Below are positions 55,610-64,000 of a stretch of DNA of 64,000 nt, one piece after another. Numbering within the stretch: the first letter of the stretch is position 1; every line of letters begins with the position of its first letter. The DNA comes from Alphaproteobacteria bacterium. Its GTDB lineage: Bacteria > Pseudomonadota > Alphaproteobacteria > RF32 > CAG-239. The DNA lies in the NCBI GenBank assembly GCA_017501665.1, contig JAFVWM010000038.1:3100-67099 (forward strand). Reading direction: 5' to 3'. The position numbers and the translations under genes were made by a program. The notes under the pieces are model-generated. The model made no database searches. It was given only the letters and a program-made list of their open reading frames with translations, and had not been told where the DNA came from.

Positions 55610-55700
55610 TGGCGGATAGACAGGGATTCGAACCCTGGATACCCTTTGGAGGTATACACGATTTCCAATCGTGCGCCTTCGACCACTCGGCCATCTATCC
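55610..55700 (-). tRNA. tRNA-Ser(GGA)
   Basis: Reverse complement GGATAGATGGCCGAGTGGTCGAAGGCGCACGATTGGAAATCGTGTATACCTCCAAAGGGTATCCAGGGTTCGAATCCCTGTCTATCCGCCA, with a long variable arm. Confidence 0.96.
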
Positions 55701-55901
55701 AAATATTTCGTTTATCAACTTAATAAAATATGTATTATTTTGCAACAAGTTTTTTTATATTTTTTATTATGTCGTTGCAATTAACTTTTAGTTAAACTAA
55801 ATATTATATTGTATACCTTGTAAGAGGTGTAAAAAAACTTGCTTTTTATTTTTTTGTGTGATACTGAAAAAACATTCAAGAATTACGGATTGCTTTGAAA
55901 A

Positions 55902-56261
55902 ATGATAATTGACAGCAGTAACAAAAAGCAAAGAAGTATCTTGACTAACAAGTGCTTCTATCAAACAACAGCTCGGATTATGCGTGATTTCGAGGAGAAG
56001 GGATACGCAAATTCCGCAGATGAGACTGCAAGAGTTATTTCTGCCTACCATGCCATAGTTAAGAAAAAAACCAAAAATAACTTTAGCGCCGATTATAATG
56101 ATGCTTTTCGTCGTATTGATGGTGCTATTCAAATGCTCGCTAACCAAGTGTTTTATGATTGTGATAAAAAGAGCTTTGATTATGCGTATCAGTCTTTCGA
56201 ACAATTTGATCATATTTCGGCAATAGTTACGCGTCAACGTACTAAAAAAGGTTTTTTGTAG
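55902..56261 (+). CDS. Hypothetical protein
   Basis: 119-aa helical-looking ORF divergent from tRNA-Ser; more plausible than the antisense ORF 55797-56237. Confidence 0.55.
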   Translation: MIIDSSNKKQRSILTNKCFYQTTARIMRDFEEKGYANSADETARVISAYHAIVKKKTKNNFSADYNDAFRRIDGAIQMLANQVFYDCDKKSFDYAYQSFEQFDHISAIVTRQRTKKGFL

Positions 56262-56366
56262 AATTTTTATCTTGTATATCTTTGTTATTAGACAGTTGCA
56301 AAAAGAGTTTTTTTGCGCTAAGTTTTTTGTTATTGAATTAAACCTTTTTTATAAGGATATATATTT

Positions 56367-57335
56367 ATGACTAGAATTTCTTTGATAGGTTGCGGACGTT
56401 GGGGTACGTTTTTGGGTTGGTATGCTGCTAATTACGGTAAGGCAGACGGCGTTGATATGTACGATATCCCGACATCTCCTAATTTTATTGAATTGAAAAA
56501 CACCCGCAAAAATCCATATTTGTCGTTAAGTGACAATATGGATCTGCACGATAATATTCCGGAGGTTTTGAAAAATGATTTTATCATTATATCTATCGGT
56601 TGCCAATATTTTAGAGGTTTGTGCAAAGAGTTGAGTGTATTTGATTTGCAAGATAAAACATTTTTGTTGGCAATGAAAGGCTTAGAAGAGCCGTCAGGAA
56701 AGCGTATGCTGGAGATTATGCGAGAGGAAATAAAACAAAATATCCATATCGCAACTCTTGGAGGTCCGGGTCATGTTCAAGATTATATGCGTGGCGTTCC
56801 CTCAGCTGCGGTTGTGGATAGTGATGAAGAATCGACAAAAGAATATGTTATCAACATTATGCAAAGTCAACTTATCAGATTGTACTATGGTGAAGATTTA
56901 ATCGGCAATCAAATAGGCGCTGCCATGAAAAATGTTATCGGTTTGGCTGCGGGTATTTTGGACGGTTTGGAGTGGTATGGTTTAAAAGGTGCTTTAATGG
57001 CCAGAGCTCCGATTGAAGTCGGGCGTTTGATTAAATTTTTCGGTGGTAATCCGATGACTGCATATGGCTTGTCTCACTTGGGAGATTATGAAGCAACATT
57101 ATTCTCGAAAAACAGCCACAATCGTATGTTTGGTGAAAAATTTGCTCGTGGCGAAGATTTCGGTAAATTAGCAGAAGGTGTTCCGACATTAAAAGCAGTT
57201 AAGCTTTTAGCTGATGAACATGGAATCGATATGCCTATATCTCAAGCCTTATATCAGGCAATTTATGATAAAGGTAATATCAAAGAGATTATTAGTAAGT
57301 TGTTTGAGAGGTCGTTAAAACGCGAATTTTCGTAA
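56367..57335 (+). CDS. gpsA: NAD(P)H-dependent glycerol-3-phosphate dehydrogenase
   Basis: IGCGRWGT, MKGLE, GGPGH, GAAMKNVIGLAAG, LGDYEAT..SHNR, AEGVPT. Confidence 0.9.
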   Translation: MTRISLIGCGRWGTFLGWYAANYGKADGVDMYDIPTSPNFIELKNTRKNPYLSLSDNMDLHDNIPEVLKNDFIIISIGCQYFRGLCKELSVFDLQDKTFLLAMKGLEEPSGKRMLEIMREEIKQNIHIATLGGPGHVQDYMRGVPSAAVVDSDEESTKEYVINIMQSQLIRLYYGEDLIGNQIGAAMKNVIGLAAGILDGLEWYGLKGALMARAPIEVGRLIKFFGGNPMTAYGLSHLGDYEATLFSKNSHNRMFGEKFARGEDFGKLAEGVPTLKAVKLLADEHGIDMPISQALYQAIYDKGNIKEIISKLFERSLKREFS

Positions 57336-57425
57336 AAACACGCATAATAATCCATCTAAAGCCAAAATTTCAAACAGCCGGTTCGATCATGTACACTAAA
57401 GTACACGCGCTTACCGGCTTTTTTT
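57333..57425. repeat. Truncated divergent copy of the ~130-bp palindromic element after gpsA, probably acting as a terminator
   Basis: TAAAAACACG..TCTAAAGCCAAAAT..AGCCGGT-TCGATCA-TGTAC-loop-GTACA-CGCGCTT-ACCGGCT-TTTTT. Confidence 0.7.
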
Positions 57426-58272
57426 ATATTTCTTTACTTAATGCTAAAAATTGTTCGGGAGTAATTTCTTCGGGGCGCATAGTCGATTTAATGCCGATTT
57501 TATCACAAATTTCTTCGAGATTAGGTGTCGATTTTAAGCTTTGGCGTATCATTTTGCGACGCATTGAAAACGCTTGTGCAGTAAGTTTTTCAAGCTTGTT
57601 TATTTCGTCCTTGTTTAATGTTTTTTCTAAAGGTTGAAACAATAAGACCGATGACCAAATTTTAGGGGCTGGAGTAAAGCATTCGGGGTTTAGGTCAAGT
57701 AAACGAGATATCTTACATTGTAATTGTGCCAAAATCGAAAGACGCCCATAATCCTTAGTTGATGTTTGAGCCTGTATTCTGTCGGCAACTTCTTTTTGAA
57801 ACATCAGGGTCATTGATGAATAGCAATCAATATTGTACAACCATTTGGTTAACAAAGGTACGGATATATTATAGGGCAAGTTTGAAACAATGTGTTTTGC
57901 CGTTTTTTCATTGAATGTGAAATCAAATTTTAGAGCATCTTGATTTAAGATTTCTAAGATGTTACCGGTTTTTGAGTTGATATCTTGCATTATTTTTATA
58001 CAACGCTCGTCCAATTCAATAACCGTCATTTTGTCGGGATTGTTGCTTATAACGGCTCTGGTTAAACCTCCCGGGCCGGGGCCTACTTCAAAAACATGGC
58101 AGTTTTGGTAAGAATCCAAATTTTGTTTTTTTAACGATAAGGATATTATTTTATCGGTAATATTTTTATCGAGCAAAAAGTTTTGACCTAACGATTTCTT
58201 TGCTAAAAGACCGTGAGATTCAACAGTTATTTTTAATGAAGGGAGAGTATCTATAGCCGTTTTTAAGTCCAT
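57424..58272 (-). CDS. rsmA: 16S rRNA adenine dimethyltransferase KsgA
   Basis: KKSLGQNFL, EVGPGPGGLT, SNLPYNI, MFQKEVA, FTPAPK. Confidence 0.96.
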   Translation of the reverse strand: MDLKTAIDTLPSLKITVESHGLLAKKSLGQNFLLDKNITDKIISLSLKKQNLDSYQNCHVFEVGPGPGGLTRAVISNNPDKMTVIELDERCIKIMQDINSKTGNILEILNQDALKFDFTFNEKTAKHIVSNLPYNISVPLLTKWLYNIDCYSSMTLMFQKEVADRIQAQTSTKDYGRLSILAQLQCKISRLLDLNPECFTPAPKIWSSVLLFQPLEKTLNKDEINKLEKLTAQAFSMRRKMIRQSLKSTPNLEEICDKIGIKSTMRPEEITPEQFLALSKEI

Positions 58273-58275
58273 GTT

Positions 58276-59178
58276 TTAGCTTTTAACCTCGACAATAGCT
58301 TTTTGCTTTAACTCTTGAAGCATTTTTTTTGAAATTGCTTCCATTTTTTGATTTTCGAGCAAACTTTTAATTTCTTGTTGATTTGGTGTAAAATTGGGAT
58401 TTTTTTTCGGATCAAAAACTTGAACGAGTTTTAAAATGTAATAGCCGTCACCGATTTGAATGGCGTCGCTTACTTCACCGACATTCATAGAATTTAATCT
58501 CATTTCCAAGGCAGAAAGCATTTTTCCGGAATTTATCCATCCTAAATTTCCGCCGTTGGCAGCGGAAGGTGCGTCGGAAAAGCGCGCGGCATAAAGCTCA
58601 AAACGGGGGTCTTCGCGCAATTTTTCAACAAGAGAATTAATATCTTTAGCGTTTTCCTTTTTCAAAAATATTTCTAAAACCTGATATTTTTTTATACTCA
58701 TATCTTTGGTTACTTCATCAATAGTTTTATTGATTTCTTTTTGAGTAATGTGAGATGTTTGAAAGAATTTTTTTCTGATCAATTTTATCCAAGCCAATTC
58801 TGCTTTTATATTATCGGCAAGGGCATCTTTGTTGATATTTTTGCTTTTGAGAGATGATAAATTCAGGTTGTTCTTTTTTGCCCATAGTTCCATTTGTTTT
58901 TCAATATCTTCATTACTTATGTTGATGTTATCTTTTTTTGCGGCCTGAAGTTTTAGTTTTTGTTCTATGGTTTGTGCCATAACTCTGTGGGTGATCATAT
59001 CTTTGGTTTCATCGTTATAGGGGACAGGAGAGTTTAACATAAAGATGTTAATTTGATCGTTTATGTCTTCATTTGAGATAATATCACCATTAATAAGCGC
59101 TGTAATATTAAAGGTGTTTGCCATACTTATTGTTGAAATGGCCATGTTAAATAAAAGTCCTAATATAATTTTTTTCAT
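58276..59178 (-). CDS. surA: SurA-like periplasmic peptidyl-prolyl isomerase/chaperone
   Basis: Signal peptide, ALINGDIIS, parvulin FS..SAANGGNLGW; sits between lptD and rsmA. Confidence 0.85.
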   Translation of the reverse strand: MKKIILGLLFNMAISTISMANTFNITALINGDIISNEDINDQINIFMLNSPVPYNDETKDMITHRVMAQTIEQKLKLQAAKKDNINISNEDIEKQMELWAKKNNLNLSSLKSKNINKDALADNIKAELAWIKLIRKKFFQTSHITQKEINKTIDEVTKDMSIKKYQVLEIFLKKENAKDINSLVEKLREDPRFELYAARFSDAPSAANGGNLGWINSGKMLSALEMRLNSMNVGEVSDAIQIGDGYYILKLVQVFDPKKNPNFTPNQQEIKSLLENQKMEAISKKMLQELKQKAIVEVKS

Positions 59179-59199
59179 AAGGTTGCTCCTTTTATTAAA

Positions 59200-61455
59200 C
59201 TAATCTTTAGCTGTTCCGCCGAGGGTTTTCAAGAAGAAGGTAAAATAAAATTCAAATTCATTACTTTCTTCATCTTCAGGGTCGTGAGAATATTCTTTTT
59301 CGGCGCTGAAGGCAAATTTTGCACATTCATCTTCATAAATAATCTTTCCTCCTTTAGATATAAGTTCTTCGTTTTCTAAATCCTGTCGAACGAAAATATT
59401 TGCGCTCCAGTTACGTGTAAGTTTTGTGCCGATACTGGTATATATCTCTTTTCTGCGATAATTATCTATAAACGAATTTTCATCTGTTTCGGGAAAGAAA
59501 ATGTATGAGGTTGAAAGATTCAAAACATCATTTCCGATAGTAGAGGTTAATTCGCTATAATTTATATCATAATCATCTTTATCAAGTCTGAAACGGTAGA
59601 TTAAAGAAAAATAATCCGTCGGTTTTGAATATATGCGTCCGACATAATCGGAGAAATTATTTTCTTCACCCGGGGCGTTAAATATATTGTCTTTTTTATC
59701 AAATTCGTAGGTTTGAGCCAATAGAAGAGCTGATCTGCCCCAGTCTTTATTGTAAAAACTCCAGTTTAAACCGTAGCTTATTCTGCTTCCGGTATCGTTT
59801 CTGTCATATCCGGAATAACGATCCAAATCAAAAATATTTACGTCGGTAACGTTGATATATTCACTATCTTCATTAGGAATTTTTTCTTCTTTATTACTGT
59901 CGGACGGTGCTATGGCAGCAACAACAATCGGTTCTAATATTTGAGAGGATTTTTCGGTGTTTTTTATAAACGGATAACGCCACTCCAAGCCTAATTGCGG
60001 AAATATTCTGGCTGTAGTACCGGTATAATCGGTTTTGCTATCATAATGATATTGACTTATGTAGTACAAATCAGATTTTAGCGATGCTGATAAATTGTAT
60101 TTATCGCCAAAAGGGCTGTTATATGGTAAGTTCCATGAATTTATCATAGATAAACGATGAGAAGCATTATCTTCTTCGTGATATACCGAAGCGGTATTTA
60201 ATGATGTTTTGACATAAGCTCCGAAGCTGTTGGGAGAAGAGATGTTTTCATAACTCATTATAGGTAAAACATAAGGTTTGTTTTCATTTTGCAAGCTATA
60301 ACTTAAAAAGTCGTAATAATAAGCTTCAATATTGGCGTAGTTACGGTTGTCAAAGGCTTGTAATCTGATGCGAGATGTCAGCCAAGAATCATCTTTTTTA
60401 GGAAGATCCAAATCATTTAAATAGCTACCGTCAGAAGCGTAATTAATATCTGTATCAGCCACCCAGTAGTTGTTTAGCTCGTAACGGCCTTGTAAAAACA
60501 GGTTGCCTCTTGTGCCTTCTTTTTCTTTATCTTCTTCTTTCATTACCGAGCCTGAGACATTTAGTTCTCCTCGATAGAAGTATTTGTTGTAAATAGCTGA
60601 ATATATAAGACCTTTATCGGATGAGATTATAGGATTAAAGGTAATATTTTCATGCTCGGATATGTCCCAAAAATATTGAGGTTGAATTGCTGCACCTAAA
60701 TATCCGTTGCTCATTAATCTGGGATATAAAAAGCCGGAGCGTCTTTTTACCGATGGATCGGGGTGTGAAAAGTATGGGGTATATAATACAGGTATGCCTT
60801 TTATTTCTAAAAAGGCGTTTTGATATTCGACGTTCTTGCCTTTGGGGTCGTGAATTATTTTTAATGCTTTCATTTGCCATAAAGGCGATTGACCTTGACA
60901 GTTATCGCAAGGGGTAAATACTGCATTGCGCAAAATTTTTGTATCATCTGCTTTTTTATGAAATGTTTTGGCGGCAAATCTTGTTTTATCAAGCAAAATA
61001 ACTTTGATATTTTCAACATCGGCTTGTTGTATTTTATCTTTTAGGTTTACTTCGTCAGCAAATATAACATTTCCGTTTTTTTCCAAAAGAACAACATTGC
61101 CTTTTGCAACAATATGATCAGTTGCCTGATTGTAGGTTACTTCGTCTGCTTTCAGAGTGAGGTTTTGGCGGATTATTTCGACGTTACCCGTGGCAACGAC
61201 AGTGTTGTCAGCAGAATTATTTTCTAAACTGTCTGCCGAAAAGTATATATCTATATCTTCGCTTTCTTTTGTGGCAGGTTCGGCGTTTAGTACGTTTGTA
61301 ATATTGTATTTAGGTTCTAGTTTTGCGGGTGCCTCATGTTTGGTTTCTTCAATGGTTTTTTTTGTATCTAAAACAACCAATGATGATGTTTGAGCATAGG
61401 CAACAGAAACAAGAGTCAATGAAGACAACCCGATAAATAAGGTTTTTTTAGACAT
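59200..61455 (-). CDS. lptD: LPS assembly protein LptD
   Basis: OstA-like N-terminus (ATGNVEI, ADEV), FTPC, PYFSHPDP..RRSGFL, YEDEC. Confidence 0.92.
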   Translation of the reverse strand: MSKKTLFIGLSSLTLVSVAYAQTSSLVVLDTKKTIEETKHEAPAKLEPKYNITNVLNAEPATKESEDIDIYFSADSLENNSADNTVVATGNVEIIRQNLTLKADEVTYNQATDHIVAKGNVVLLEKNGNVIFADEVNLKDKIQQADVENIKVILLDKTRFAAKTFHKKADDTKILRNAVFTPCDNCQGQSPLWQMKALKIIHDPKGKNVEYQNAFLEIKGIPVLYTPYFSHPDPSVKRRSGFLYPRLMSNGYLGAAIQPQYFWDISEHENITFNPIISSDKGLIYSAIYNKYFYRGELNVSGSVMKEEDKEKEGTRGNLFLQGRYELNNYWVADTDINYASDGSYLNDLDLPKKDDSWLTSRIRLQAFDNRNYANIEAYYYDFLSYSLQNENKPYVLPIMSYENISSPNSFGAYVKTSLNTASVYHEEDNASHRLSMINSWNLPYNSPFGDKYNLSASLKSDLYYISQYHYDSKTDYTGTTARIFPQLGLEWRYPFIKNTEKSSQILEPIVVAAIAPSDSNKEEKIPNEDSEYINVTDVNIFDLDRYSGYDRNDTGSRISYGLNWSFYNKDWGRSALLLAQTYEFDKKDNIFNAPGEENNFSDYVGRIYSKPTDYFSLIYRFRLDKDDYDINYSELTSTIGNDVLNLSTSYIFFPETDENSFIDNYRRKEIYTSIGTKLTRNWSANIFVRQDLENEELISKGGKIIYEDECAKFAFSAEKEYSHDPEDEESNEFEFYFTFFLKTLGGTAKD

Positions 61456-62578
61456 TTTGAACTCCTGTTTTTTTAGGTTTGAAAAAGGTCAAAATATTTT
61501 GATTTATTAAAATTGCAATACAAATAATACTCGGGATAAGAATGTTTGCATAGACAAAGATCAACCAATAAAGGTTTTTTGCCGCTAAATTACCGAAAAT
61601 TAAATCAAAGGCTTGGATTAAAACAACGGCAGTTAAAGATATGGCTATGGTTTTGGTTTGTCCGCGACGATTAAAGTTGCTGACCAAAATTCCACAACAG
61701 GCAAGTAATGCATATAACACTGATAAGAAAGGGCCAACAATTCGTTTGTGAGCTTCAACATACCATTTTTTTTGATCAGTCGGCGAAAGAGAGGCGTTAC
61801 TAAAGGCATTAATAAGTTCTTCAAAAGAGTGACGTCTGGCAGAATCTTTGCCTTTTGATTTTGTGTTCTTTAAACCGAAATCGACAGAATATCTTTCAAA
61901 ATTAATTGATGAGAAGCGAGAATTATTTTTAGTCAATTCTTGGTGTGTGCCATTTATTAAAATGATACGCGGACCTGAAGCGGTAGTAACGATAAAGCCT
62001 TTTTCGGCTGTAATGGTTGATCTTTTGTCCGGATTGCGTTCGTTATTTATAAGTATTCCGCTGACGGAATTATCATCTTCATGTGATGAGATAAATATGG
62101 TCAGATTTTTATCTTTTTGCAAATGGGTAAACTCACCTTCTCGGAACATTAGGTGCGAAACGTTATTTTTTACCTTCCATTGTAAATCTTTAAAGGCGTT
62201 TTCAGCTAAAGGAACGCCATAATTCATATTCCATACTGTAAAAAACAATAAGGCGAAACCAACCCATATAGCAGGTAATGCAAGTTGGAAAGGGCTTATG
62301 CCCGCCGATTTCATAACAACAAGTTCTTGATCGGATAACATACGATTATATACAAATAAAACTGCAGCAAACAACGATACGGGTGCGAGAATCGAAAAAA
62401 TCCTCGGCATAAGTAAAGATGTCATTTTTATAAATATGGAGATTGAAATGCCATCGGAGGCAATTAAATCAAGGAATCGCAAAGATTGTGACAACCAAAT
62501 GATTGACATCAATGAAAAACTTACCAGCAAAAAACCGATAATTATTTGTTTTGTTATATATAAATTCAGCTTTTTCAT
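61448..62578 (-). CDS. lptF: LPS export ABC transporter permease LptF
   Basis: WLSQSLRFLD, YNRMLSDQELVVMKSAGIS, EAHKR, RRGQ. Confidence 0.85.
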   Translation of the reverse strand: MKKLNLYITKQIIIGFLLVSFSLMSIIWLSQSLRFLDLIASDGISISIFIKMTSLLMPRIFSILAPVSLFAAVLFVYNRMLSDQELVVMKSAGISPFQLALPAIWVGFALLFFTVWNMNYGVPLAENAFKDLQWKVKNNVSHLMFREGEFTHLQKDKNLTIFISSHEDDNSVSGILINNERNPDKRSTITAEKGFIVTTASGPRIILINGTHQELTKNNSRFSSINFERYSVDFGLKNTKSKGKDSARRHSFEELINAFSNASLSPTDQKKWYVEAHKRIVGPFLSVLYALLACCGILVSNFNRRGQTKTIAISLTAVVLIQAFDLIFGNLAAKNLYWLIFVYANILIPSIICIAILINQNILTFFKPKKTGVQNV

Positions 62579-62746
62579 AAAGGGGGATTATAATTGAATT
62601 ATTTTATATTTAAAGTTTTTTATGTGTTTTGGTTTCATTTTTGTGAATATTGAATACAATTCGGTGTGCAATTAATAAATATCTTGAAATCGAAAAGAAA
62701 ATCTTTATCATTTTTAACTGAACATTGTAATAACAGGGAGAAAATT

Positions 62747-63220
62747 ATGGTAGATGTTTCTCAAGCAGCGCAAGTCGCTAATAAGTGGCGTAAAAAGCGC
62801 GGTTCTTTAATTATGGCATTGCATGAAATTCAAGGTGTTAAAGGATATATTGATTGGCAAGATGCAATGGATGTTGCCATGGGTATGGATATTCCTTTGG
62901 CTCGAATTTATGAGGTTTTGACTTTTTATAACTTTTTCAAATTGGAAGCTCCGGGTAAGGCTGTAATTTCGGTTTGTACCGGTACTGCTTGTTATTTGAA
63001 AGGTAATGATAAGGTATTAGAAAAGTTCAAGCAGGAATTGGGAATCGAAGAAGGTGAAAGCACGCCGGATAAGATGTTTCATTTACAGAGCGTGCGTTGT
63101 GTAGGTTGTTGCGGTTTGGCACCGGTTTGTGTGGTTAACGGTAAGACTTACGGTCGTGTTACACCTGATGATGTTCCGGTTATTTTGAACGAATGGCGCA
63201 AAACTTTTGAGGAGAATTAA
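62747..63220 (+). CDS. NuoE/HydC-like [2Fe-2S] subunit of an NADH-linked (probably [FeFe]-hydrogenase) complex
   Basis: LHEIQ..GYI, FYNFF, CTGTACYLKG, CVGCCGLAP. ATG at 62747 follows AGGGAG. Confidence 0.88.
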   Translation: MVDVSQAAQVANKWRKKRGSLIMALHEIQGVKGYIDWQDAMDVAMGMDIPLARIYEVLTFYNFFKLEAPGKAVISVCTGTACYLKGNDKVLEKFKQELGIEEGESTPDKMFHLQSVRCVGCCGLAPVCVVNGKTYGRVTPDDVPVILNEWRKTFEEN

Positions 63221-63222
63221 AA

Positions 63223-64000
63223 ATGGCCGAAACTGATTTGGATAAAAGATTTGATATTCATGCCATAGCTGAGGCGAAGCTTGCAGAAATCGAAAAATAT
63301 AAATGCAATATTTATTGCTGTCATTCAACAGGTTGTAAATCTTCCGGCAGTGATGATATCCTCGATTTGTTAAAAAATGTTATTGCCGAAAAACAAGTAG
63401 AAGATAAAGTCAGAATCGTGGCAACGGGATGTATGGGGCTTTGTGCTCAAGGTCCTCTTATCAGAGTTGAAATTAAAGGGCAAAAAGATGTTTTGTTCAA
63501 ACGTGTTGATTTAGAAGCTGTCCAAAACATTATGGATAAATATGTATTACCGGCAATTGAAAGCAATGAAGCGTTTGCTGTTCCTCAAGATATTGAGAAA
63601 TACGTATTGTCTTTGGATTTACCGTTCTTTACAAAACAAGAAAAAGTGGTGTTGAAAAATGCGGGGCATATGGATCCTGAAGATATTCAGGAATATATGG
63701 CCAGAGGCGGTTATTTGGCCTTGGAAAAAGCTTTGAAAAATATGACACCGGCTCAAGTTGTTGAAGAAATTAAAAAGTCTGGTTTACGCGGTCGCGGTGG
63801 CGGTGGTTTTTCTACCGGTATGAAATGGGAATTGGCAGCTAAAGTTCCGACTGTTGATGAGAAGTTTATTATTTGTAACGGTGACGAAGGCGATCCGGGT
63901 GCGTATATGGATCGTTCGATTTTAGAAGGTGACCCGCATGCCGTTATTGAAGGTATGATGATTGCAGCTTATGCAATCGGTGCTACGGAAGGTTGGTTTT
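63223..64000 (+). CDS. NuoF/HydB-like flavin subunit with N-terminal thioredoxin-like [2Fe-2S] domain; runs off the window end and is absent from the ORF track
   Basis: Manual translation gives MAETDLDK..YCCHSTGCKSSG..TGCMGLCAQGP..SGLRGRGGGGFSTGMKW..ICNGDEGDPGAYMDRSILEGDPH. Confidence 0.9.
   Translation, partial: MAETDLDKRFDIHAIAEAKLAEIEKYKCNIYCCHSTGCKSSGSDDILDLLKNVIAEKQVEDKVRIVATGCMGLCAQGPLIRVEIKGQKDVLFKRVDLEAVQNIMDKYVLPAIESNEAFAVPQDIEKYVLSLDLPFFTKQEKVVLKNAGHMDPEDIQEYMARGGYLALEKALKNMTPAQVVEEIKKSGLRGRGGGGFSTGMKWELAAKVPTVDEKFIICNGDEGDPGAYMDRSILEGDPHAVIEGMMIAAYAIGATEGWF

Noticed and set aside
54436..55628. Prophage or genomic island bounded by att sites at the tRNAs
   Set aside because: The direct repeats enclose under 250 bp each, with no integrase or cargo genes.
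55170..55791. Small ORFs 55170-55469, 55437-55619 and 55609-55791 (two starting MADRQG)
   Set aside because: They overlap palindromic repeats or are antisense to tRNA-Ser; the shared N-terminus simply reflects the duplicated tRNA 3' end.

Overview
AT-rich chromosomal backbone of an Alphaproteobacterium, inferred from the gene orders addB-addA-trxA, leuS-lptE-holA, lptF-lptD-surA-rsmA, pal-cpoB-tilS and ffs-dnaX-ybaB-recR. The HydC/HydB-like genes and Firmicutes-like leuS and gpsA suggest an anaerobic, probably gut-associated Rhodospirillales/RF32-like lineage. The window holds about 50 CDS (mostly housekeeping), three tRNAs (Arg-CCG, Gly-GCC, Ser-GGA), the SRP RNA and one large repeat-rich autotransporter. 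I see no integrase, transposase, phage, CRISPR or defence gene. The unusual signal is mostly non-coding: (i) two mosaic clusters of GTCAT...ATCT palindromic units with four co-varying stem variants; (ii) a ~130-bp structure-conserved palindromic element at the 3' ends of rplY, smpB (tandem, supplying the SmpB C-terminus) and gpsA; (iii) tRNA-3'-end-linked repeats behind two convergent tRNAs; (iv) three abutting DnaA boxes before dnaB; (v) an A9 slippage site in dnaX; (vi) an interrupted poly-G tract and a GANTC/TCGA cluster at the autotransporter 5' end. Coding oddities are a GldF-GldG-DUF4340 fusion, an apparently xenologous leuS with a duplicated N-terminal motif, and two adjacent apparent pseudoenzymes. 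All family assignments come from motif recognition by eye; no searches were run.
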